Assembly: GCA_045863295.1 (NCBI GenBank)
Contig: BTWA01000010.1
Coordinates: forward strand, 1-64,000
Reading direction: 5' to 3'
Source: Candidatus Hydrogenedentota bacterium
GTDB lineage: Bacteria; Hydrogenedentota; Hydrogenedentia; Hydrogenedentales; SLHB01
DNA: 64,000 nt
The notes under the pieces were generated by a model. That model saw nothing but the letters and a program-made list of their open reading frames with translations. It did no database searches and was not told the DNA's origin. Shown here one piece after another: positions 38,876-47,174 of the stretch (positions are counted from its first letter, which is position 1; each line of letters begins with the position of its first letter). The position numbers and the translations under genes are program-made.

Positions 38876-41761
38876 ATGGCTGTTTTCAGGCGATATGCAA
38901 GCATGTGTGCGATGGCAACTCTGCTGGTCTTCGCGGTACACGCGCAAGAGTCCGCCGTGGAGTTGGCCAGACCCGCGATCGCCGTATTGGAAGAATCCTG
39001 CTTCCCATGCCACCGCGGCGAGAAGCGAAAATCCGGTTTGGACTTGTCCAGCCGTGCCTTGCTTTTGGAGGGCGGCGACAGGGGCAGCGCTATCGACGAA
39101 GCTTCTCCCTCGGCCAGCCTGCTGTTGGCCATGATCAGCTACAAGGACGAGCATCACCAGATGCCGCCTGCGGGGAAACTTCCGCACGAGGCAATCGCGG
39201 CATTGACTGCGTGGATCACAGCCGGAGCGCCGTGGCCCGATTCCATTTCGTTTGGATCGGAAATCAAACGCGCGCAGGAGGAAAAACCCGACGGCGCGAC
39301 ACACTGGGCCTATCAGCCGATGGCAAATCCATTGCCCCCGGTGGTCTCCGATGCCGCATGGAATGCAAATCCGATCGATGCGTTTGTGCGCGCGCAGATG
39401 GATCGGGCCGGTCTTGATCCCGCACCTTCAGCCGATTCCCGCGCATTGATCCGGCGCGTGACCTACGATCTGACTGGCCTTCCGCCTTCGCCCGCCGAGG
39501 TGGAAGCATTCGCGGCCGATCCCAGCGAAGCGGCTTACGAGGTGCTGGTGGACAAGTTGCTGGCATCGCCGCACTACGGCGAAAAATGGGCGCGCCATTG
39601 GCTCGATGTGGTGCGTTATGCGGACTCGAATGGCTATGAACGCGACGCCAATAAGCTGTTCATGTGGCGCTATCGAGACTACGTGATAGAGGCCTTCAAC
39701 AGCGACAAGCCGTACGACCAATTCATCATCGAGCAGTTGGCGGGCGACGAACTGGATAGCGTCACCCCTGCCACGCTTATCGCCACCGGGTTTCAACGGT
39801 TGCACGTGTGGGACGACGAACCGGCGGACCCGGAACAAGCGCCTTACGACAATCTCGACGACGTTGTCTCAACTACCGCGCAGACTTTTCTGGGCATGAC
39901 CGTGGGGTGTGCGCGCTGTCACGATCATAAAATCGATCCGATTCCGCAAATCGACTATTACCGGTTCATGGCGTTCTTCGAAAATCTGAAGCCGATACAG
40001 CGGGAGCAAATCGCCACACCGGTCATGACCGCGGACGAGCAGGCCGCCTACGATGCGCGCGCTCAGGCGAAAGAGGACAAGCTGGATTTGCTTCGTGAAG
40101 CCCTGTTCGCGCAGGAGACCGCCATTTGCGAGGCCTTGGCAAAAGATCATCCCGAACTCCGGGGGCGAGTCTCCAGCCTTCGTGAACTGACCTATCGGTT
40201 CTACCGCGATACATGGGACGCGCTGCCGGACTTTACCGCGATTAAGCCCGAAACCGAAGGCGTTTTGAATCACAATTTCGTGACCCTTTCTCCAGCCAGC
40301 CGGCCCGATGCCATTGGTCTGGTATTCGAAGGCAAGCTCCACGTCGCCGCGACGGGCAGTCACGTATTTCACGTAACGGGGAAAGACGGGGTTCGCCTGT
40401 CGATAGACGGCCACACCGTAATCGAAACGGACGGAGTCGGCGTACACGAATCGAATGGGACCGTATACCTTCAGGAAGGTATCTCCACATTCCGGCTGGA
40501 ATACTTTAACAAGTCCGGCAAGCCGGTTCTTGATGTGCGTTGGTCCGGGCCGGGGTTGGATTGGCGGCCGTTATCGATGGAGACCGGCAATGGCGGATCG
40601 GATGAGTTTGCCGAACTGCTGACGAAGTACGAACTCGCGGCGCATGCCGAACTGCGGGACCGCTACAATGGAATAAAGCGCGAATACGAACTGGTCAAGG
40701 CGGAGGACCTCGGGGGCACATTCGCAACCACGGCGATGGAGAAAGGGCGCGAGGTGCCGAAAACCCATGTGCATCTGCGGGGTAGCGCGCATTCCCTGGG
40801 CGACGAAGTGCAACCGGGCTTTCCAACAATTCTGAATCCGCCCGCGCCCGAATTGCGGCCGGCCCCCGAAGGCGTGCAATCGACCGGCCGCCGCCGCGCG
40901 CTTGCGGCATGGATTGCCAGCCCGGAGAACGCGCTCACGGCGCGAGTCATGGTGAACCGCGTTTGGCAAGGGCATTTTGGCAAGGGAATTGTAGGTACGC
41001 CCAACGATTTTGGCCTTCAAGGCGACCAGCCCACACACCCGGAGTTGCTTGATTGGCTCGCGAGGCAGTTTATCGCGGATGAGTGGAGCGTGAAGCGGCT
41101 GCACAAACGGATTCTCATGTCGTTGACCTACCGGCAAAGCGCCCGCGGCAGTGCGGAAGCCCTCGCGGCGGATCCGCAAAACGCCCTGCTCGCGCGATTC
41201 CCTATGCGGCGTCTCACAGCGGAAGAGATTCGCGATTCCATGCTCGCGGCCGCCGGTGATATCCGTCTTGAAGTCGGCGGTCCGGGATTCTATCCGGATT
41301 TGCCCGAAGCGGTGCTGGCGACGGCCTCCAACGCAGCGGCCGTCTGGGGCCAGTCGCCGAAGGAAGAGCAGACGCGCCGCAGCATCTACATTCAAGTGAA
41401 GCGATCGCTGCTGGAACCGCTGCTGCAGGATTTCGATCTCGCGGATACCGACAACAGTTGCCCCGTGCGATTTGCGACCACGCAGCCTTTGCAGGCGTTG
41501 AACATGATGAACAGCCAATACGTCAACGAACGTGCGCACGCGCTTGCCGAGCGGTTGCGCGCCGCTTCCTCCGATCGTGCCGAACAAGTGCGGCAGGGCT
41601 GGGCGTTGGTCACCCAACGGCCCGCCACGGAGAAAGAAGTGGAGCAAAGCCTGTTGCTCATGCACGAGTTGCAGGAGAAGTATGCGATTACCGATGAACA
41701 GGCGCTCGACCGGTTTAGTCTGGTCGCGCTGAACCTGAACGAATTCATGTATTTGGATTGA
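38876..41761 (+). CDS. Planctomycete cytochrome c + DUF1549 + PA14 + DUF1553 protein
   Basis: CFPCH, WLDVVRYADSNGYE, CARCHDHKIDP, PA14-like WDALPDF...FEGKL...FRLEYF...WSGPG, PTHPELLDWLA, LNLNEFMYLD; start 38876 favoured by TATAAT at 38864. Confidence 0.9.
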   Translation: MAVFRRYASMCAMATLLVFAVHAQESAVELARPAIAVLEESCFPCHRGEKRKSGLDLSSRALLLEGGDRGSAIDEASPSASLLLAMISYKDEHHQMPPAGKLPHEAIAALTAWITAGAPWPDSISFGSEIKRAQEEKPDGATHWAYQPMANPLPPVVSDAAWNANPIDAFVRAQMDRAGLDPAPSADSRALIRRVTYDLTGLPPSPAEVEAFAADPSEAAYEVLVDKLLASPHYGEKWARHWLDVVRYADSNGYERDANKLFMWRYRDYVIEAFNSDKPYDQFIIEQLAGDELDSVTPATLIATGFQRLHVWDDEPADPEQAPYDNLDDVVSTTAQTFLGMTVGCARCHDHKIDPIPQIDYYRFMAFFENLKPIQREQIATPVMTADEQAAYDARAQAKEDKLDLLREALFAQETAICEALAKDHPELRGRVSSLRELTYRFYRDTWDALPDFTAIKPETEGVLNHNFVTLSPASRPDAIGLVFEGKLHVAATGSHVFHVTGKDGVRLSIDGHTVIETDGVGVHESNGTVYLQEGISTFRLEYFNKSGKPVLDVRWSGPGLDWRPLSMETGNGGSDEFAELLTKYELAAHAELRDRYNGIKREYELVKAEDLGGTFATTAMEKGREVPKTHVHLRGSAHSLGDEVQPGFPTILNPPAPELRPAPEGVQSTGRRRALAAWIASPENALTARVMVNRVWQGHFGKGIVGTPNDFGLQGDQPTHPELLDWLARQFIADEWSVKRLHKRILMSLTYRQSARGSAEALAADPQNALLARFPMRRLTAEEIRDSMLAAAGDIRLEVGGPGFYPDLPEAVLATASNAAAVWGQSPKEEQTRRSIYIQVKRSLLEPLLQDFDLADTDNSCPVRFATTQPLQALNMMNSQYVNERAHALAERLRAASSDRAEQVRQGWALVTQRPATEKEVEQSLLLMHELQEKYAITDEQALDRFSLVALNLNEFMYLD

Positions 41762-41812
41762 CCCGGCGCGTGCCCGCGAGTTCTGTTTCGGGAGCGCCGG
41801 TGGGAGACAGAA

Positions 41813-43279
41813 ATGCACAGTGGCCATGACAACGACAAACCACGCAACACCTTTTGCGGCCGCACGCGGCGCGAGTTTCTGACCACCGTTGGGGGCGGAT
41901 TCACCTCGCTCGCGCTCACGGGGTTGCTCGCGCACGACGGATTTTTCCAATCCGCATCCGCCGGCGTGCTGAATCCGCTCGCGCCCAAGCCCGCGCATTT
42001 TGCGCCGAAGGCCACGAGTTGCATCTTTCTGTTCATGTATGGTGGCCCGAGCCATGTGGATACATTCGATTACAAGCCCGAGCTTTACAAATACGATGGG
42101 AAAACGATTCAGGTAAAAACCCACGGCCGCGGCGGCCGCAAAAACGAAGGCCGCGTTGTCGGCCCCAAGTGGAGCTTTCAACAATACGGCCAATCCGGCC
42201 AATGGGTCTCGGAATTGTTCCCGCACCTGGCGACGTGCGTCGACGACATCGCTTTCCTGAAATCCATGACCGCCGACAGCCCCATACACGGTTCCGCCAT
42301 GCTGATGATGAACTCCGGCCGCATCCGCAGCGGAAACCCTTCGCTCGGTTCCTGGCTCAACTACGGTCTGGGCACCATGAACAGCGATCTGCCCGGCTAC
42401 GTCGTCATGCTCGACAAGACCGGCGGTCCCATCAGCGGCGCGAAGAATTGGTCCAGCGGCTACATGCCCGCCGATTTTCAGGCGACCGTATTGCGGCCCA
42501 AAGGCGATCCGATCCTGAACCTGAAGCACTACGATGCCATGTCCCAAGCCGAACAACGTACCCTGCTCGATCACCTCGCGCACTTCAACGGCGAGCACAT
42601 GGCCACCCGATCGGACAACACCGATCTTGCCGCGCGTGTGGCCAGTTATGAACTCGCGTTTCGCATGCAAACCGCCGCGCCCGAAGCGGTGGATGTGGAC
42701 AACGAGCCGGAGCATGTGAAGACCTTGTATGGCATGGACGAAGAACGGACCAACGATTTCGGCCGCAAATGCCTGCTCGCCCGCCGCCTGGTTGAGCGCG
42801 GCGTACGCTTCATTCAGGTCTACTCCGGCGGCGCCCACAACGACGACAACTGGGATGCCCACGGCGACCTCGTGAAGAATCACACGTATCATGCGGGCAA
42901 TACCGACAAACCCATCGCGGGCTTGTTGAAAGATTTGAAGCAACGCGGCCTGCTCGAATCCACGCTCGTGGTTTGGGGCGGCGAGTTCGGCCGCCAACCC
43001 ACCGCCGAATACGCCGAAGGCACCGGACGCGATCACAACTCCATGGGCTTCACCATGTGGATGGCCGGCGGCGGCATCAAGGGCGGCATCAGCCTCGGCG
43101 AAACCGACGAACTCGGCAGCGCGGCCGTCGCCGATCGCCTGCACGTGAAACACCTGCACGCGACGGTGTTGCACCAAATGGGCCTTGATCCCAACCATCT
43201 CAGTTATTTCTACAACGGACTCGATCAGAAATTGGTAGGGGTGGAAGGCGCGGATCCGATCCGGAAAATACTTGCGTAA
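41813..43279 (+). CDS. DUF1501 family protein, Tat-exported (copy 3)
   Basis: TRREFL, GGPSHVDTFDYKP, WDAH, GEFGRQP, GRDHN. Confidence 0.93.
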   Translation: MHSGHDNDKPRNTFCGRTRREFLTTVGGGFTSLALTGLLAHDGFFQSASAGVLNPLAPKPAHFAPKATSCIFLFMYGGPSHVDTFDYKPELYKYDGKTIQVKTHGRGGRKNEGRVVGPKWSFQQYGQSGQWVSELFPHLATCVDDIAFLKSMTADSPIHGSAMLMMNSGRIRSGNPSLGSWLNYGLGTMNSDLPGYVVMLDKTGGPISGAKNWSSGYMPADFQATVLRPKGDPILNLKHYDAMSQAEQRTLLDHLAHFNGEHMATRSDNTDLAARVASYELAFRMQTAAPEAVDVDNEPEHVKTLYGMDEERTNDFGRKCLLARRLVERGVRFIQVYSGGAHNDDNWDAHGDLVKNHTYHAGNTDKPIAGLLKDLKQRGLLESTLVVWGGEFGRQPTAEYAEGTGRDHNSMGFTMWMAGGGIKGGISLGETDELGSAAVADRLHVKHLHATVLHQMGLDPNHLSYFYNGLDQKLVGVEGADPIRKILA

Positions 43280-43355
43280 GCATATCGCACTCTGACCGAA
43301 CTGGAATTAGACTCCACATTATGCAAAAGCGTTCATTGGCCGAATTGGAGACCAC

Positions 43356-44585
43356 ATGAACATCCCCGGTGCGAACAGAATTCGAAATCTAATTGGTTCC
43401 GAGCGGGCTATTGATGCGGTGGCGCGCGAGTTGAAGTATGCCGTGCAGGAATTGCGGGCGCGGGCGGTGGGGGCGCATCTGGTCACCTGTTCGGACGAGT
43501 CCGAGCAGGAAGTTTCCAAGGTCTTTCAGCAGTGGTTCGCGCAGGATTTGTTGCCGCCGTTGCGGTACACGGACAAGGCCCTATTCCGCACGGCGAATTT
43601 GGGCGGGCGCTACGAGTGGGGCGGTGTGCGGCTGGCCGAGCAGCATTTCGCCACGGAGTTTTCGGCAGATTCGTACAAGGTCATGGTGTTGAAGATCAAC
43701 TCCCACGCGGCGGAATTCCGGGATGGAAGTCACTACCGCTTCGGGGAATTCAAACGGTATGGATCGGCTTCTCCCTGTTGCGGCGCGCTGTTCTATTTGC
43801 TGAGAGACCATGCCGAGCCCTGGGCGAAAGAGATGTACGAAACTTTTGAATCGGAGGGACTGGATCGCATTGCGATGCTCAACGATTCCACGCTTGTCGA
43901 TCCGGATCACCGCGCGTTGTTCGCGGCCATTTGCAGCGCGCGTCTTCAAGCGCGGCGCGCCATGCTCGACATTCAGGACTATGCCCCGCGCACCCCTACC
44001 CTGTATCTGATTTTTCCGTGCGTCACGTTGAACCGAAGGGGGGTTGACGGCGAGATGTTGTGCGGCGCGTACGTGGCGGACCACCGGGCGGCCGATACGG
44101 TTGAACAGTATCAGGGACTCGGCGACGATCCTTCCAAGTTGACCTTGAGCGAAGAGCGCGGCGTGTTGCGCGTAACGGATCCCGGGATGGAGGACGTGCG
44201 GGAGGCGCGCGATCATCGCGAAATGATATTGAAAGAGTTCAAGGAAGAACAGGTCCTCCAGCCCACGCCGCACCATGACAACCTGAAGAAAGCCGTGCAG
44301 CATGCCAGCCAGCGCACACGCGGCGATGTCTCCACGGCCAAGCTGGCGCTGAAGGCGCTATTGCCGGTGCTTATCAGCGCGGCCCCGGTGCCGGGCGCGG
44401 TAATGTTGTTCGCGGGCGGGGCCATGGCCATTCACCACGTGTATCGCATGCGGCGAATCGCCAACGACGTGTCGAAGGACGACGAAGCCCGTGCATTGCT
44501 GAACGAAGTCGCGCACCGGATCGAAGAGTTGCCTGCGGAGCGGGCCAGGGAAGTGGTGGAATTGCTGGCCCACGAATTCGGGTGA
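43356..44585 (+). CDS. Hypothetical protein, possible LCIB/theta-type carbonic anhydrase fold
   Basis: GGAG RBS; TCSDE, NLGG, INSH, GEFKRYG, CCGAL in the order seen in the LCIB family. Confidence 0.55.
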   Translation: MNIPGANRIRNLIGSERAIDAVARELKYAVQELRARAVGAHLVTCSDESEQEVSKVFQQWFAQDLLPPLRYTDKALFRTANLGGRYEWGGVRLAEQHFATEFSADSYKVMVLKINSHAAEFRDGSHYRFGEFKRYGSASPCCGALFYLLRDHAEPWAKEMYETFESEGLDRIAMLNDSTLVDPDHRALFAAICSARLQARRAMLDIQDYAPRTPTLYLIFPCVTLNRRGVDGEMLCGAYVADHRAADTVEQYQGLGDDPSKLTLSEERGVLRVTDPGMEDVREARDHREMILKEFKEEQVLQPTPHHDNLKKAVQHASQRTRGDVSTAKLALKALLPVLISAAPVPGAVMLFAGGAMAIHHVYRMRRIANDVSKDDEARALLNEVAHRIEELPAERAREVVELLAHEFG

Positions 44586-44588
44586 TCC

Positions 44589-45509
44589 TCACAGCCCCGT
44601 GATGTTCGTGATCAGCCACTGGCCGTTTTCTTTCACGGCGTCTATCTGCATCGTGGCGTCGCCGGCCTTCGCGCTGATGTAGACTGGGCCTGCCTGCGCA
44701 GTATTTCCATTGATGATGAAGCGGGCGGAGGAAGCGTTGATCACGGCGTTTTCCATGCCGCCAGTCGTCTTGAACCCTTGAAGAAGCACCCGCAACTCGG
44801 TTTTGTTCCGGCCCACCTCGTCTTTAAACGAATCTGAAAACACCGTCATGATGCGGTCAATGTCCTGCGCGGCGATGGCGTCGCCCATGGTTTGCACCAT
44901 GGCCTGCATGATTTCTTCGTCCGACATGGCGGCGGAATAGACGAGGCCGTCGCCCGCGCCCGGTGCGCCGATGCCCAGAAAGTTACGCGCGAAGTAGGCC
45001 CCTGCCATTACAGCGAAGAGCGCCGCCGCTCCCCCGCCGTACGTCAGCACGGCTCGCCACGGGAATGGCTTCTTGATATGCATTTTGACCAGTTGGCCGC
45101 CCACCATCACCGGCTGGCCGGCCAACACGCGCTTGTGCTTGTCTTCCAGCACGCCGATGGTTTCATTAATAGCGATGAACGCGCGGTGCCACTCGTTGTG
45201 AAGTTTCTTGATGGCCACGTCCGATTGCGAATAGATGGTTTGCAGGTTTGTCGCGCTCGAAAGCACGTTCATCATGTCAACCGCGAACCGGCAGTCCGCT
45301 CCCAGACGTTGCACGAGCACATGATGTTCCTTGGCAAGCTGGCTCTTGATATGAAGGAACTTCGCTTCGAGTTGTGCCTTGTTGGATGCAGGCGCCCGGT
45401 AGGCGCCGATGATCTGACTAAACAACATCCAATGATCCATGAACGCCCGGCACTTCTGAATGTAGGCATCAAGTACTTCGATGCCATGGCACTGCGGTTT
45501 TGCAGCCAT
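44589..45509 (-). CDS. Membrane protein: helical N-domain, single TM, C-terminal NTF2/SnoaL-like domain
   Basis: TM AVLTYGGGAAALFAVMAGAYF; C-terminal DIDRIMTVFSDSF...KENGQWLIT; start 45509 after GACGAAG. Confidence 0.7.
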   Translation of the reverse strand: MAAKPQCHGIEVLDAYIQKCRAFMDHWMLFSQIIGAYRAPASNKAQLEAKFLHIKSQLAKEHHVLVQRLGADCRFAVDMMNVLSSATNLQTIYSQSDVAIKKLHNEWHRAFIAINETIGVLEDKHKRVLAGQPVMVGGQLVKMHIKKPFPWRAVLTYGGGAAALFAVMAGAYFARNFLGIGAPGAGDGLVYSAAMSDEEIMQAMVQTMGDAIAAQDIDRIMTVFSDSFKDEVGRNKTELRVLLQGFKTTGGMENAVINASSARFIINGNTAQAGPVYISAKAGDATMQIDAVKENGQWLITNITGL

Positions 45510-45657
45510 GACTTCGTCCCTACCCGTGAAAATACCCAACCTTGAATTTACTGGCGTACTGCAGCCTGACCCACCGACAACCTACCATACTGAATGAGAA
45601 TTGGGAAGCCGTAATTTGGAATGAATTGCCCAAACGGGGAAACCATCTCGCCAATCC

Positions 45658-45666
45658 TGCTATACT
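45658..45666 (+). promoter_or_regulatory. Extended -10 element upstream of fabH
   Basis: TGCTATACT. Confidence 0.4.
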
Positions 45667-45780
45667 TTGATCGGCTGTTCTAATAGGTATTTACGATTCC
45701 AACTGCACTTGCATCCACCGGGGCTTGGCGGTTTCCGGCGATGCGATTGATTGCCCAACATCCGATTGGAGGGGTTTTCC

Positions 45781-46767
45781 GTGGCAGCAGTGCGTCCACG
45801 CATCATCAGCACCGGTCAGTGCTTGCCCGATAAGGTACTGACAAATATTGACTTGGAAGACATGATGGACACCACCGACGAGTGGATCCGTCAGCGGACC
45901 GGCATTGCCCAGCGCCACATGGTCGACAACGGACAGACGTTGTCTGATCTCGCGGCAGGCGCGGCCAAGCAGGCCATGGACCGGGCCGGAATCACTTCCA
46001 GCGACATCGATTTCGTCCTATGCAGTACGATGACCGCCGATTACCTGTTCCCCTCCGCCGCGTGTCTGGTACAAGATCGTCTCGGCGCGAAGCGGGCCGG
46101 GGCGGCCGACCTGAACGCGGCCTGTTCTGGGTTCGTGTATGGCCTTCAAATGGCCGACGGGCTGATCCGGTCGGGGATTCACAAGACCATTCTCGTGATT
46201 GGCGCGGAAGTGATGAGTTGCCGCCTGGACTGGGGCAAGCGAAACACCGCGGTGTTGTTTGGCGATGGAGCCGGCGCCGTGGTCGTGCGCGCGGACACGA
46301 GCGATCGCGGCATTCTTTCGACCTATACGCGATCGGACGGCGGCGATTACGAACTCATTTACGTGCCCGCGGGCGGATCGAAGACCACGCTCACGCCGGA
46401 TAACATCAACCATGTCGAGCGCAGCATTGTGATGGACGGCCGGGGCCTCTACAAGCGCGCGGTTCATGCTTTTGGCGAGGCCGTGGAAGAGGCGCTCAAG
46501 GCGGCGGAGGTGGCCGCAGACGACCTGACGCTGTTCATTCCGCATCAGGCGAACAAACGCATTATCGATGCCGCCGCGGAACGTATCGGGCTGCCGTCCG
46601 AGAAGATTTACATGAACTTGGATCGGGTGGCGAACACCAGTGCCGCCAGTATTCCCATCGCCTTGGACGATGCCGTGTGCGAGGGGCGTCTGAAAGAAAA
46701 CGACCTGTTGCTGTTGGCGGCGTTTGGAGCAGGGCTCACTTGGGCGGGCAGTGTGCTTCGCTGGTGA
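45781..46767 (+). CDS. fabH: 3-oxoacyl-ACP synthase III
   Basis: DEWIRQRTGI, AACSGF (Cys), LFGDGAGA, PHQAN (His), ANTSAASIP (Asn), FGAGLTW; GTG after GGAGGGG. Confidence 0.95.
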   Translation: MAAVRPRIISTGQCLPDKVLTNIDLEDMMDTTDEWIRQRTGIAQRHMVDNGQTLSDLAAGAAKQAMDRAGITSSDIDFVLCSTMTADYLFPSAACLVQDRLGAKRAGAADLNAACSGFVYGLQMADGLIRSGIHKTILVIGAEVMSCRLDWGKRNTAVLFGDGAGAVVVRADTSDRGILSTYTRSDGGDYELIYVPAGGSKTTLTPDNINHVERSIVMDGRGLYKRAVHAFGEAVEEALKAAEVAADDLTLFIPHQANKRIIDAAAERIGLPSEKIYMNLDRVANTSAASIPIALDDAVCEGRLKENDLLLLAAFGAGLTWAGSVLRW

Positions 46768-46934
46768 CGGGCGTCCCGGACGGGATATCCGATTTGGTCA
46801 TGGGCGATTCACAAGTTATTTATTAGCAGTAGTTTAACGTTTCTGGTTCGCTTGTTCCCCGTGCCGTACACGCATCTCGGCAACAAGTACCCTCCCGGCG
46901 ACCGTGGCCATCGAAGTGTTAATCGTGAAAAATG

Positions 46935-46963
46935 TTGCGATTTAATCCCGCTTCGGATAAAAT
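46935..46963 (+). promoter_or_regulatory. Sigma70-type promoter of the nqr operon
   Basis: TTGCGA-N17-TAAAAT. Confidence 0.6.
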
Positions 46964-47164
46964 CTCGTTCCCGTTGAGGGTCGCTGCAAGGTCTTGGCCT
47001 GCGTCGAACCCTGCATGAATATCATCGCAGGGAGGCATACGACTCATCTTTTCCACGCGCAAAGCCGGAAAAAGGACGTGTCGTTAGGGTCGATTGCGAA
47101 CCTCAGCATCGTCAAAAAAAGTGTCAACGCGAACCCGCTTTACGTGTCAACGCGGGACGAGGTG
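46964..47164 (+). ncRNA. Candidate structured cis-regulatory 5' leader of nqrA
   Basis: Several nested and alternative helices read by eye (see findings); no known family recognised. Confidence 0.35.
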
Positions 47165-47174
47165 CATGTAATCC

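Noticed and set aside
40571..43198. 875-aa minus-strand ORF
   Set aside because: Antisense shadow of well-supported DUF1553 and DUF1501 genes; no recognisable motifs; expected from GC-biased codon usage
46768..46795. Hairpin after fabH as an intrinsic terminator
   Set aside because: Mismatched stem and no real U-tract
47055..47070. CGCAAAGCC resembling part of a c-di-GMP-I riboswitch
   Set aside because: The upstream GGCAAAC/GNRA stem and the tetraloop receptor are missing
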